A DNA stretch of 64,000 nt from a virus. Position numbers and translations under genes: made by a program. Every line of letters starts with the position of its first letter. Position 1 is the first letter of the stretch. Below, one piece after another: positions 1-9,193 of this stretch. The stretch spans positions 32,001-96,000 of IMG/VR virus record IMGVR_UViG_3300037231_000119; one strand, written 5' to 3'. Under the pieces are notes generated by a model. That model saw only the letters and a list, made by a program, of their open reading frames with translations, ran no database searches and was not told where the DNA came from.

Positions 1-431
1 CCCTTATAGATACACTCCTTATGGTCCACTTCGGGCCGATAGCCTTTCTCGCATTTCTGCTTAAGTCTTTTCATTAGGGACCAATTAAACTCGGTCCTAA
101 AGTTGGTTGGTTTACCATAGATTCGGCCATTAATTAGGAGCTGTTCGATCAGGGGTACGTAATCATGTTGGCATAAGGCACACCTGAAGTCTTGTCTAAC
201 CAATAGGTAGAATAGGGACTCCTCGTGCTGGGGCCGGAAATGCGCTTTAGCACTAAGGGAGCAATCTCTACCACAGTACTTTTTACCCTTTACTTTCGTG
301 GAGTTGCACCATGCGCACATCTTGATGCCATCAATAACAATGGTCTTAATTTTATCTAGGGCCTCATATCGATTGGTGCAGCTTTTGATTAAATCTATGG
401 CGATGGGGTTGAGGGGAAGCTTGAGGATCAT
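1..431 (-). CDS. HNH endonuclease-like protein (partial, runs off window start)
   Basis: Manually translated open frame from ATG at 431: CAWC...YCGRDC...FRCALC...PEVDHKECIYKG (HNH motif start). Confidence 0.7.
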   Translation of the reverse strand, partial: MILKLPLNPIAIDLIKSCTNRYEALDKIKTIVIDGIKMCAWCNSTKVKGKKYCGRDCSLSAKAHFRPQHEESLFYLLVRQDFRCALCQHDYVPLIEQLLINGRIYGKPTNFRTEFNWSLMKRLKQKCEKGYRPEVDHKECIYK

Positions 432-454
432 ATGATAAGATATATCACAATAAA

Positions 455-490
455 CAAAAAGCGCCCAACTAATTAAAGTTGGACGCCTTT
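455..490 (-). terminator. Rho-independent terminator after 519..2150
   Basis: Minus strand GGCGTCCAAC-loop-GTTGGGCGC followed by TTTTTGTTT. Confidence 0.75.
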
Positions 491-518
491 CAAATTCATC
501 CTACCGTGGGTAAGTAAA

Positions 519-2150
519 TTAAGTGATTACGTAGGCGGCAGAACCAACTTGAGAAGTAGCCTGACCAGCCAGAATAGCGATCGCCTGAACCGTCTCACTA
601 GCACTCACAGTGATGGGTCCAGTATAGAGAGTGCTATGGACAGTAGGAGTCGATCCATTGACGCTGAAGTAAATAGCCGCTCCAACGGTTCCACTACTGA
701 TCGTTACAGTTTGCGACGCAGGATAAGATCCGCCAAGAGGACTGAAGGCTGGACGAGCTACCTGAGAGGAAACAGGAAGCAATACGGTCGTAACTACCGC
801 ACCGTTGGAGCTGGAGAATGCTTCAGCCATAACTGGAGTCTCAGGTCCAGTAGAAGGCGCTACAACGGCCGTCGCCGCACTCAAAGTGACCGCACCCGTA
901 AGAGCAATCAGGGAACCGTTAACCGTTCCACCTTCAGTAACCGTGATACTATCTTCAGCAATGACATTACCGTAAAAAGTAGCGCCAGCGCTTGCCACAC
1001 TCTGATTGATGGTAGCTGAAGAGCCGACGATCCAATAGATACTTGTATTAGAAGCCGTTGCACCACCAGTGAACACCATAGTTGGAACGTCCGTACTACC
1101 AGAAGCCCCCGTTAACAACGTCGATGGTGAGTACAAGATATACGTACCGGCACCATTGAAGGTGAGAGTGCTATGCCCAGATGTCAACGACAATCCGAAA
1201 CTAGTGGCAGATTGATAGTTGCCAGGAGTTAGGGTTTGACCACCAAGTTCAGCGGCAATCGTGGTACCGGCCAACCCTAGGGTCTGTTTAGCTGTGAACG
1301 AAGCTTGAGCTGCAGTTTGAGCGCTGGACGCGACACCATCAGCAATGTGCTCTCCGCCAGAATAGACAGCTGGTGGAAAACCAGTAATGGATGTACCAGG
1401 ATAAATGCCCAGATCTCCAGTCAATACGCTGTTACCCGTATTTGTAACCGCTGAGGCTCCCAAGACAGCGAAGGCGCCCATCCCACCCGAAGTAGCATTC
1501 ATAGCTAATACCGTTTTAGCAGCTACCTGTGCGGCGGTATCTCCAGAAAGGATCGTAACCTCGATCCCCGTAAACCCAGCAGGGGCTGGATCCGTATTAG
1601 AACCACCGGAAACATTGTACCATACGTAGTACGAGTTAGAGTTTCCTCCGGTATAGATTTTAAAGTATTCGCCAGCACCGGTAGAAGCGAAGGCAGAACC
1701 CGCAGGGAACGTCATAACATCGTATTGTTGAAGCGCTGGCCCTACAAAGTTAACCGCAAATGAAAATCCCGCAGGCATCGTGACATTCATCGGACTTGAA
1801 TTTGCGAACCCATTAGGGTAAGCATTTGGAGCAACATTGGGGAGAAAGTTTGGATAGCCAGGAACCTGGACGCCGCCAGCTAGATTGGCCAAGACGGAAG
1901 CCAGAGCCGAATCGGGCATGCTGAAGCCATCTTTCAAAAACTGAGTATCGCGCACCGAAAGGCTATATGTACCCAAAATACAGGCCTGAATATTTGAGGC
2001 CACGTCTGGCTCCGTGGCATCACTCAATCGAGTAAAATCGATGGTGGAAAGGACGGTGCCGTTTTGGATGGCCGAAATCAGATTATTACCGGAAGTTGTA
2101 CTCCCCATACCGCTAATAAGATATGATTGTGCTTCTAAAGAAATTGACAT
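519..2150 (-). CDS. Putative virion protein with DUF3494 (ice-binding-like) domain and C-terminal chitobiase/FN3-associated domain
   Basis: GAFAVLGASAVTNTGNSVLTGDLGIYPGTSITGFPP...LGGQTLTPGNY...IYWIVGSSAT...FYGNVIA..SIT...VNGSLIALTGAVTL matches DUF3494. C-terminal PAFSPLGGSY...IYFSVNGSTPT...YTGPITV. Late-promoter motif at 2193. Confidence 0.85.
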   Translation of the reverse strand: MSISLEAQSYLISGMGSTTSGNNLISAIQNGTVLSTIDFTRLSDATEPDVASNIQACILGTYSLSVRDTQFLKDGFSMPDSALASVLANLAGGVQVPGYPNFLPNVAPNAYPNGFANSSPMNVTMPAGFSFAVNFVGPALQQYDVMTFPAGSAFASTGAGEYFKIYTGGNSNSYYVWYNVSGGSNTDPAPAGFTGIEVTILSGDTAAQVAAKTVLAMNATSGGMGAFAVLGASAVTNTGNSVLTGDLGIYPGTSITGFPPAVYSGGEHIADGVASSAQTAAQASFTAKQTLGLAGTTIAAELGGQTLTPGNYQSATSFGLSLTSGHSTLTFNGAGTYILYSPSTLLTGASGSTDVPTMVFTGGATASNTSIYWIVGSSATINQSVASAGATFYGNVIAEDSITVTEGGTVNGSLIALTGAVTLSAATAVVAPSTGPETPVMAEAFSSSNGAVVTTVLLPVSSQVARPAFSPLGGSYPASQTVTISSGTVGAAIYFSVNGSTPTVHSTLYTGPITVSASETVQAIAILAGQATSQVGSAAYVIT

Positions 2151-2234
2151 TTAAGACTCCTAGTGTTTTTTGACCCTTATGTGGGCTGATTATAAGATTG
2201 GCTGAACTCGGACAGTTATAGTAACTACTTGATT

Positions 2235-2393
2235 TTATTCACTTTCATCTTTTGGCTCTGGCACTATACATACCATGATCCAAAATCCTACGGTGGGACG
2301 ATCGGATAGGCCATAGTAAGCATGGCAGGCTTCTCCGGTAGGATAGCCCGTCTCTGGATTTAATTCTAGCCAATAATGGTCTGGGTAAGTCAT
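2235..2393 (-). CDS. Small hypothetical protein (52 aa)
   Basis: Manually found ATG..TAA frame with upstream AGAGGA. Confidence 0.45.
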   Translation of the reverse strand: MTYPDHYWLELNPETGYPTGEACHAYYGLSDRPTVGFWIMVCIVPEPKDESE

Positions 2394-2433
2394 TTGTCGT
2401 CCTCTAGGTGACATTCTTAGTCACATACTAGTC

Positions 2434-2646
2434 CTATAGCTTCTTAACTATCATTTTGGGGGTAGATTCGGACTCTACCGTGAAACTCTTATTGCAATGT
2501 TCGCAAGTAAAAGAACCCTCAAATTCCATATCATCAATGGGATCTATACCAAAACGATACGTGTTCATATATCCAGGCTTCTTTTGGTCTGAAGTCTCCT
2601 CACCACAATGAGGACAATCAATTAAAAGAGTGTCATAACAGCCCAT
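2434..2646 (-). CDS. Zinc-ribbon small protein
   Basis: CPHC and CEHC pairs; abuts neighbouring genes. Confidence 0.7.
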   Translation of the reverse strand: MGCYDTLLIDCPHCGEETSDQKKPGYMNTYRFGIDPIDDMEFEGSFTCEHCNKSFTVESESTPKMIVKKL

Positions 2647-2844
2647 TTAAGATCCTTCCGATAGAGTGTCTTTACTCATTGGGGTTAGGCCTAGATCTTC
2701 TCTAACGCAATTCAATAGTTCAAATCCGAGATCGACCATATTAACTCCTCCTGGATTATGTATGGCGGCAAGAAGTTCTATCTCGAATGTCTTGATACCA
2801 CCCTCAGTCCAATGCCTAATAGGCACGATCTTCCGTAAGTCCAT
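2647..2844 (-). CDS. Hypothetical protein
   Basis: Tightly packed in minus-strand operon. Confidence 0.6.
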   Translation of the reverse strand: MDLRKIVPIRHWTEGGIKTFEIELLAAIHNPGGVNMVDLGFELLNCVREDLGLTPMSKDTLSEGS

Positions 2845-2846
2845 AA

Positions 2847-3038
2847 TTATTTTTTCTCTGTAAGACCAGCCGCCTTAGCCTCTTCAAGCTTAGCATTAAC
2901 CATAGCAAGTTCCCTACTGAGAAACTGGCGATATGAGGTCTCCCGATTCAAATGCTTTCCAGGAAGATTCTTATCCTGGAGCTTATTCTTGGTATCATTG
3001 GCGTACTTAGTCAAACTGGCGAACTTTTCTTTAGTCAT
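2847..3038 (-). CDS. Hypothetical protein
   Basis: GGAG RBS; operon packing. Confidence 0.65.
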   Translation of the reverse strand: MTKEKFASLTKYANDTKNKLQDKNLPGKHLNRETSYRQFLSRELAMVNAKLEEAKAAGLTEKK

Positions 3039-3083
3039 ATTGGTCTCCTATGGGTTATAAGCTATCCTACATTCCTTCTTATG

Positions 3084-3314
3084 TCAAGATACTTCTTCCT
3101 CTCCTAAACTCTCAATGTCTTTTGTGGGAATTTCCAGCCACGAATAAGCTTCCGGGTCCATAGAAATAATCATTTCTCGAGCTGCTATAAAACCAGCCTT
3201 ATACAAATCCATTGCAAATTCCAACTCAATTTGTACTGGACGATTCCCGAAATCCAAAGTTACTAGGCCTGAATTTAGAGCTGCCTCTCGGGCTAATTGA
3301 TCAATTTTCTTCAT
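3084..3314 (-). CDS. Hypothetical protein
   Basis: Operon packing; GAGG RBS. Confidence 0.6.
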   Translation of the reverse strand: MKKIDQLAREAALNSGLVTLDFGNRPVQIELEFAMDLYKAGFIAAREMIISMDPEAYSWLEIPTKDIESLGEEEVS

Positions 3315-3317
3315 AAT

Positions 3318-3848
3318 TTATTCCTCTACACAGGTAATAGGCCTGTTATTGTATACATGAAATTTCTCAATTGCCAATTCGGCCTGATTTATAGCGCTCT
3401 GCTCGTCCGGAGCATAAACTTTTACCTTAGATTCGTATGAAGATCCTACACAATCCCAAATTGGATTATTGAATGAATCCGAGGGTATAGATGAACATCC
3501 GGTTAGGAAAAGACCTAAGATAAAAACCTTTACCTTAACAAAGACGGACGCCTTCTTTGGAGTTTCCCACTTCTTATGGAATGGATTTGCCAAACAAAAC
3601 TCCTGAGTACATTGGCCTTCATTATTAAGAAGGGTTTCGCACATACAGCAATTACAAATAATGATTTCTGATCTTGGATTTGGACAAACTAGTCTTCCCT
3701 CGTATACTTTACCAAAAAAATCGATGCCTGCTTCTGTAATTACACCATCCCTTAGTACCCATCCATAATCTGGGTGGAACATGTGTTCGGCTGGTCCCAT
3801 GTTGAGAGCGGATTGTATTGCCGCTTGTTCAACTTCTTCTTCGGTCAT
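3318..3848 (-). CDS. Hypothetical mosaic protein (Cys cluster, internal lipobox-like segment)
   Basis: Start MTEEE follows the stop of the upstream gene; contains ILGLFLTGC. Confidence 0.6.
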   Translation of the reverse strand: MTEEEVEQAAIQSALNMGPAEHMFHPDYGWVLRDGVITEAGIDFFGKVYEGRLVCPNPRSEIIICNCCMCETLLNNEGQCTQEFCLANPFHKKWETPKKASVFVKVKVFILGLFLTGCSSIPSDSFNNPIWDCVGSSYESKVKVYAPDEQSAINQAELAIEKFHVYNNRPITCVEE

Positions 3849-3850
3849 AC

Positions 3851-4186
3851 TTAAGCCTTCTTCGTATCGCAATGTGCACAATATTCGTATTTGGTCCAAC
3901 CGGAATCGTAGGTCTTCCAGGAATGGTCGCAACTCTTTGAAACTACTGGAAGTTCCATAAGATCTTCTTCATTGAAAACAGAGGTATGTCTCATGCGATT
4001 ATATTCTGTGGCATTAGAACCATTAGGAGCGATCTGAAAAAGAAAATCGTCGTGATCGTAACTAACATTATACGTTACGGCCTCAATATCCGGATATCTC
4101 ATGACATGCCACCCGGTAACAACGCCTTCCTTGTTGAGGGGTTTAATAAAAACTTTCTCCATCACACTAAATTTAGTCACAATCAT
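3851..4186 (-). CDS. Hypothetical protein with C-terminal Cys/His motif
   Basis: CDHSWK...YCAHC; ATGA overlap with upstream gene. Confidence 0.65.
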   Translation of the reverse strand: MIVTKFSVMEKVFIKPLNKEGVVTGWHVMRYPDIEAVTYNVSYDHDDFLFQIAPNGSNATEYNRMRHTSVFNEEDLMELPVVSKSCDHSWKTYDSGWTKYEYCAHCDTKKA

Positions 4187-4407
4187 ACTTCCTCCTCTGT
4201 CGCTTCTCTAAAATCCTGAGGGTGCGTCAACCAAACAACCTCACCAGAATGCTTGATAACGGCGCAATGCCCTGGAGCATTAGGGATGTCGCCCAAATAT
4301 AAAACGCTTTCGCCGATCTTAATGAGACCATCTTTGTAAGCTTCCGGATGTTCCTTGCCATAAGGGGGTTCAAATATTACTATTGACAACTTCTTAAGTT
4401 TTTTCAT
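4183..4407 (-). CDS. Hypothetical protein
   Basis: GGAG RBS before MKKLKK; LYLGDIPNAPGHCAV motif. Confidence 0.65.
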   Translation of the reverse strand: MKKLKKLSIVIFEPPYGKEHPEAYKDGLIKIGESVLYLGDIPNAPGHCAVIKHSGEVVWLTHPQDFREATEEEV

Positions 4408-4443
4408 TTTACTCCCATAGAATCGCACAAAAGTATACCAATG

Positions 4444-4827
4444 TCAAACCTTTATTACTTCAAAACACTTAATCTCGCAAAGAGGGACGTAATAGCCCGT
4501 ATCTTCATGGACATATCGACCCCTAGAGATGAAATTTTCGATGCACCGTTCAGCCTTATCCCTAGACGAATCCTTATCTAAATAATATTGTCCTAACCAA
4601 TCAATTTCGCAAGTTGGTTCAAATGTGGAGGACATAACAATCTCGCCACCTTTTGTTTTCACTTTAACTCTAAACTTTGGCTTCAGATTTTGTTCGGCCA
4701 ACCAGTCTTTTTGCTTTTTAACGAGAGCTTCCATTTCCTTCTTACTGGTCTTTCTGTCAGAAAGAATTGCCCACATGAAAAAGGCTGGAATTGCCATAAA
4801 TAGAGTAAGCACGTATCCATTAGTCAT
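4444..4827 (-). CDS. Membrane-anchored hypothetical protein
   Basis: N-terminal hydrophobic helix. Confidence 0.65.
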   Translation of the reverse strand: MTNGYVLTLFMAIPAFFMWAILSDRKTSKKEMEALVKKQKDWLAEQNLKPKFRVKVKTKGGEIVMSSTFEPTCEIDWLGQYYLDKDSSRDKAERCIENFISRGRYVHEDTGYYVPLCEIKCFEVIKV

Positions 4828-5158
4828 TAATAAGCTCCTTTGCTCTCTCCATCCAATAGTCCCTATTTAGGGACCTCACTCCGGTTGTAGGCCATTCCAC
4901 AATATCTATAAGTGCCGAGAGAACTTTTACCAACTCGTCTCTTCGTTCTGCAACCAATCCTAAGACTCCAGATTCGTCATCTCTTTGGCCAGTAGCAATG
5001 AAAAGTTGGTATTCGAGGTCTATAACGTGCTTTTCTAGATCCCTAATGCGCTCGAATGGACCTGGCTTATTGGGGTTGTAATTTGTCCGGACTGATTCCA
5101 CAATGCATGAGTGGCAAGAGAAAAATTCTTGATGTGGACACTTCATATTCAGCTCCAA
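4820..5158 (-). CDS. Hypothetical protein
   Basis: Overlapping operon packing. Confidence 0.6.
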   Translation of the reverse strand: MELNMKCPHQEFFSCHSCIVESVRTNYNPNKPGPFERIRDLEKHVIDLEYQLFIATGQRDDESGVLGLVAERRDELVKVLSALIDIVEWPTTGVRSLNRDYWMERAKELIND

Positions 5159-5511
5159 ATACCCTTCCTATATCCACTAACCCTATTTACCTTTAGGAAC
5201 TCTCTGACTTTATTATACTCTGACAGTTTTAATACCATTCCCTTACCGTCGAAACGTATAATAGAAGCGTGAATTTCGGACTTGGTACCACGATCGAAAT
5301 ATGACTGTGGCCATCTAGACGTATGTTCCCATTTCTTCTTATGAAACTCCTTCATAAATTGGTCAAAGGTGCCATATCCCCAAACATCAGAGTGATTGAT
5401 TGTCATCTCCTTATGAACTTTTGATTCAGTGTCGAGATAGGCATTGACGATGACCATTAGGAAAATGGCGACTAGGGAAAGGACGGCGATTGGTAATATG
5501 TAGTGCGTCAT
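5149..5511 (-). CDS. Membrane-anchored hypothetical protein
   Basis: N-terminal TM helix; TTGACA promoter at ~5545 implies start near 5511. Confidence 0.6.
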   Translation of the reverse strand: MTHYILPIAVLSLVAIFLMVIVNAYLDTESKVHKEMTINHSDVWGYGTFDQFMKEFHKKKWEHTSRWPQSYFDRGTKSEIHASIIRFDGKGMVLKLSEYNKVREFLKVNRVSGYRKGIWS

Positions 5512-5790
5512 AGTATGACCATAACTCAAAGTTTTTGGGGTGTCAATAAGTATTTTGTATTGCAAGTTAAGACACAGTTTGTGCTATAAGTTGTGCTTTA
5601 ACTTTATAGCTAGGGATAAAGATGAGTAATTTCGAATACTTGTAAAATACGGTCCGATACTTGTTATTTCATACAAGTATGATCTGGTTCTGGATCATTT
5701 TACGTTTCATGGTCCACAAATCATCGTGGAATGATACCCTTCACGCCATACACATAACCTAAACTCTTGGTTTATCACTATCTAAGTAAT

Positions 5791-6462
5791 TCATTTTAAA
5801 TATACCCCTTCAAGAGCCCTAAGGACTAGTTCTGCGTCTTCCCAAGAGATTTGATACTTACCTTGAATTACGATTCCGTTCCGCATACAATCTAAAGAAA
5901 GCCCCGAAACAGTACATCCAGAAATGGAATCCCTGGTAAGATCCGCCAAGGCATTCATCAAAGGGATGGGATCAAATGACCAATTAGTACCGATGCAAAG
6001 AAAACTGTCCTTCAACTCGACCTTCCATGGCTTATTATCTGGATTATCTCTACAGTCGTAACCTTCCTTTGGGCCAACATAAAAGGGTGCGAAGGTGGGT
6101 TTTGGATTTTGGCGATAAACCGAATAGCCTTTGTAAGGATTGGAGGAAAAATTGTACCATTGGCTGTCATCATCGTTATTATGTTTTCGCTGTACTTTAT
6201 CTGTATATTGTGACAGGAGAAGATGTTCGGCTTTTATGCCCGCATTCGCGGTTGCAATTAGGGATTCAAGATCAGACTCTTCCTTGACCAATTCGAACCG
6301 ACTGACATCTACGCTAATATCTGCCGAAGTCATTTCAACGAAATCCATGTCGTTTTCGTAAACTGCAGAGACTGTAAAGGTCTCTCCGGGATGACCAGTA
6401 AAAGAACCATCGATTGAATCTCCAATACAAACTACCTTATCACCTACCTTGAATTTAGTCAT
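5791..6462 (-). CDS. Hypothetical protein with N-terminal SH3/KOW-like segment
   Basis: 223-aa ORF starting KFKVGDKVVC. Confidence 0.75.
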   Translation of the reverse strand: MTKFKVGDKVVCIGDSIDGSFTGHPGETFTVSAVYENDMDFVEMTSADISVDVSRFELVKEESDLESLIATANAGIKAEHLLLSQYTDKVQRKHNNDDDSQWYNFSSNPYKGYSVYRQNPKPTFAPFYVGPKEGYDCRDNPDNKPWKVELKDSFLCIGTNWSFDPIPLMNALADLTRDSISGCTVSGLSLDCMRNGIVIQGKYQISWEDAELVLRALEGVYLK

Positions 6463-6671
6463 TTTATATTCTCCAACTTATAAATATCACACCAATCAGA
6501 GTGATTGGCGAATCCATGGGTTTCTTTTCCGCACTCGCAGATTGGGACTAAAATGGGAGTTCTGAAGGAAGGTCCGGCCCCCTCTATACTCTTACGAAAC
6601 GCTTCTCGAAACCACTCGATATCGACCAAATCTGGTGTAACGCTAAAGTTGCCAATAATTAAAGTGCCCAT
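6459..6671 (-). CDS. Hypothetical protein (CECG...HSDWC zinc motif)
   Basis: GAGG RBS; ATGA overlap. Confidence 0.65.
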   Translation of the reverse strand: MGTLIIGNFSVTPDLVDIEWFREAFRKSIEGAGPSFRTPILVPICECGKETHGFANHSDWCDIYKLENIK

Positions 6672-6688
6672 AAATTACCTCAAAATTT

Positions 6689-6835
6689 GTAAGTGGGTAG
6701 GGCGCTACTCCTACTATTGGATATTCAGTGGTATTACCCATATCGCCTACGATTGCGTGTCTCTAGAGAAGGTACGTTGACGCGGCGTCCACCGAATCCG
6801 TCTTCCTGTCCTCAGCTTTCCACGCCGCCACTTAC
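6689..6835 (-). ncRNA. Candidate tRNA-like structured RNA
   Basis: Terminal stem GTAAGTGG/CCACTTAC, D-like stem GCGTG/CACGC with a long insert, T-like arm GTAGG-AGTAGCGC-CCTAC; TTGACC promoter just upstream. Confidence 0.5.
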
Positions 6836-6929
6836 TTAAATAAGGTCTCATAGATTAACCAAGGGGTCAAGGGAATTTTTGGACGGATCTGTCCTTGGAA
6901 GGCTTTATTCTTAAATTTAGGCCAAAATC

Positions 6930-7117
6930 GTAAACTAAAACAGTTGAAAACCAAAATCCTCAATGAAATCAACAAACACTTAAAAGAATACTTGGATAAA
7001 CCAAAGAAGAGAAAGATGACTCTTATCTATCATGGCTAAGAGCAATTAATACAAACTATTATTGGTTAATAGTAAAATAAATTATTAGTTTTGGTTAAAA
7101 TACATAAAAAGAAAGAA
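6930..7117. repeat. A-rich non-coding direct repeat, copy 1
   Basis: 6930-7000 is identical to 23552-23622 (71 nt); similarity continues for about 120 nt more. Confidence 0.9.
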
Positions 7118-7153
7118 CTGGACAGAGGAAACGAGGTGTGAGATGGTGAAAGT

Positions 7154-7387
7154 ATGAAAAACAAGCAAATGCGAATTGACGGTCTTATTAAGCGCCTGCA
7201 AACCGTCCGGAAGAAATATGGGAACGTGCCCGTGAACACTTTGGACTATACTGAGTTGGAAAGCAATGGTGAGATTGTCTCCGCTCCCATTTCCTTTTGT
7301 TTTGTAGAAGATGAAGGTGGGAGTCTAAGCGAGCTTCAGATTATCAATATGTCTTTGGCTCAAGATCTAGATCCCTGGAATAATTGA
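7154..7387 (+). CDS. Hypothetical protein
   Basis: First gene of plus-strand operon. Confidence 0.65.
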   Translation: MKNKQMRIDGLIKRLQTVRKKYGNVPVNTLDYTELESNGEIVSAPISFCFVEDEGGSLSELQIINMSLAQDLDPWNN

Positions 7388-7394
7388 GGAATAT

Positions 7395-7640
7395 ATGAAC
7401 TTAGTAGCAATTGCACTATTGTGCCAAGTAACTGGGGTCGCACAGGGCCATAGGCAGAGGGATCCGACCTATGATGAAATTCAAACGACACAACAATCGT
7501 GCCAAAAGTACTATGTGAAGTGCTGGAATAATAAGCGTGAAGAGCAACTTAAGAATGCCGCAAAAGGTGGAAAGTTAACCCAGGATCAGATTTACGATTC
7601 AGACGCCTTCCTAGCCCAATGTGTATTGGAGAGACCGTGA
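7395..7640 (+). CDS. Secreted Cys-containing hypothetical protein
   Basis: GAGG RBS; signal-like N-terminus. Confidence 0.65.
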   Translation: MNLVAIALLCQVTGVAQGHRQRDPTYDEIQTTQQSCQKYYVKCWNNKREEQLKNAAKGGKLTQDQIYDSDAFLAQCVLERP

Positions 7641-7861
7641 CCTACATCTTAAAGACTTTATTGGGGCTATTCGCCGTATCATTACTATTGGCGGCACTTT
7701 ATAAGACTGCTTATTTTATTGGAGGGCTATATGATCCAACAGATATGACCAATCGAATCGAAGGGGGAATATTTACTCTGATCGTTGCACCATTTCTGAT
7801 TCGAGGACTCTATTGTGTAGGAAGTGATATTTGGGGATTGATTCGGGGAGAAGTGTTCTAA
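7637..7861 (+). CDS. Two-TM membrane protein
   Basis: GTGA overlap; two hydrophobic helices. Confidence 0.55.
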   Translation: MTYILKTLLGLFAVSLLLAALYKTAYFIGGLYDPTDMTNRIEGGIFTLIVAPFLIRGLYCVGSDIWGLIRGEVF

Positions 7862-8121
7862 TGGGATGTTCTTGTCATATCGATCCTCCGTGTAACTATT
7901 GCACCGAACTTTACGAATGCATGGGGTGGGAATTAATTCAGACTACAAAAGTTCCCGGATCGTATATGACATGTCTGGTTTGGAATTATTATCAAGCAAA
8001 TCAAGCATTTAACTGTCTATTCGCACCCTCTCCAATTTTGTGCCTTGACGCGAATAAGATGACCATGAGATATTGTAACTCGTTGATGGAAGCTAAAGAA
8101 TTTTACGAGGAGACTATATGA
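7861..8121 (+). CDS. Hypothetical protein (CSCHIxPPCxxC motif)
   Basis: Starts MGCSCHIDPPCNYC. Confidence 0.6.
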   Translation: MGCSCHIDPPCNYCTELYECMGWELIQTTKVPGSYMTCLVWNYYQANQAFNCLFAPSPILCLDANKMTMRYCNSLMEAKEFYEETI

Positions 8122-8684
8122 AAGGCGCTAGACCGCTTACAGACCAAGAAATTCAGGGAGTTCTCAATGATCTCAAGACTTTACGGGACAAAGCTCTACT
8201 GATCCTTGGCTGCAAAACGGGCCTCCGTATCTCAGAAATGCTTTCTCTCACATGGGGAGACGTTATGGAGCACGGATCCATTGGGGATTATGTGACGGTC
8301 CAAAAGAAGAACACAAAGGGTAAGATCGAATCGAAGACTCTACCTCTGGGACCAACGATCAAGGAAGCTCTCAGAACCTATCATGAATCCATTAGACCCA
8401 TTGACCTCACTCAACCCCTTTTCAAGTCCACTCAATCCAATAAGTCGATTACTCGAGCCCAAGCCCATAACGTGCTCAAGGATGCCTTCAGGAGCCAAAA
8501 GTTGACTGGGAACTGTTCGACCCATTCCTGTCGAAAGAGCTATGCCCAAAGGATCCACAAAGCCTTAGGGGAGAAGATCGAGATGACACAGGTAGCTCTC
8601 TGTCACCGGAGCCTCTCAAGCACGCAGTCCTATATTTCCGTTGATAGGGAAGCCGTGGAGAAGGCGATTGTGGGGTTGGGATAA
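8118..8684 (+). CDS. Tyrosine recombinase, catalytic domain only (188 aa)
   Basis: RDKALL..G.KTGLRISE, K, HSCRK, LCHRS, Y: complete R-K-H-R-H-Y set. Confidence 0.9.
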   Translation: MKGARPLTDQEIQGVLNDLKTLRDKALLILGCKTGLRISEMLSLTWGDVMEHGSIGDYVTVQKKNTKGKIESKTLPLGPTIKEALRTYHESIRPIDLTQPLFKSTQSNKSITRAQAHNVLKDAFRSQKLTGNCSTHSCRKSYAQRIHKALGEKIEMTQVALCHRSLSSTQSYISVDREAVEKAIVGLG

Positions 8685-8718
8685 TGAATCCCCGGAGCGC
8701 AGCGACCAGACGGGCAGA

Positions 8719-8994
8719 TCACCGTAATTCACTATCGCAAGAAAGTTCGGAATAATAAACAGTGCCATCTGTTAGGGTGATCTGACATCCCTCGCTCAAC
8801 CGCTTCTTACAGGACTTGAACGTATTAGCTAATTCTAACTTACATGGATGGTAATCAAACTGCTCATACTCCTTCACTAATTTTACGTCTAAGTGCTTGG
8901 AATACTTCTGTATTGGAGCGCATTGTAATGCAAAATCGCTAAAATGACCAACGTTGGAACAAAACATCGTAGCTACGGCGAAGAAAGTGTTCAT
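8719..8994 (-). CDS. Hypothetical Cys-containing protein
   Basis: ATGA overlap with 8991..9173. Confidence 0.6.
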   Translation of the reverse strand: MNTFFAVATMFCSNVGHFSDFALQCAPIQKYSKHLDVKLVKEYEQFDYHPCKLELANTFKSCKKRLSEGCQITLTDGTVYYSELSCDSELR

Positions 8995-9173
8995 GTCTTC
9001 TCCACCAGGCTTTCAACTCTTTCCATAGAAAGCTCCTCTAACTCCTCATCGTTGTATTCACGCCCGTTATCGAAGTTATTTTGGGCATCTTCTAGGTCAA
9101 CACCATCAACCCAGGCCTTCTTACGGACTTTTGCAATGTAGGTGACTTGAAATTTCTTAATAGTTCCGGTCAT
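8991..9173 (-). CDS. Small acidic hypothetical protein
   Basis: GGAG RBS. Confidence 0.65.
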   Translation of the reverse strand: MTGTIKKFQVTYIAKVRKKAWVDGVDLEDAQNNFDNGREYNDEELEELSMERVESLVEKT

Positions 9174-9193
9174 TTAGTTCTCCAAAAGTTTAG

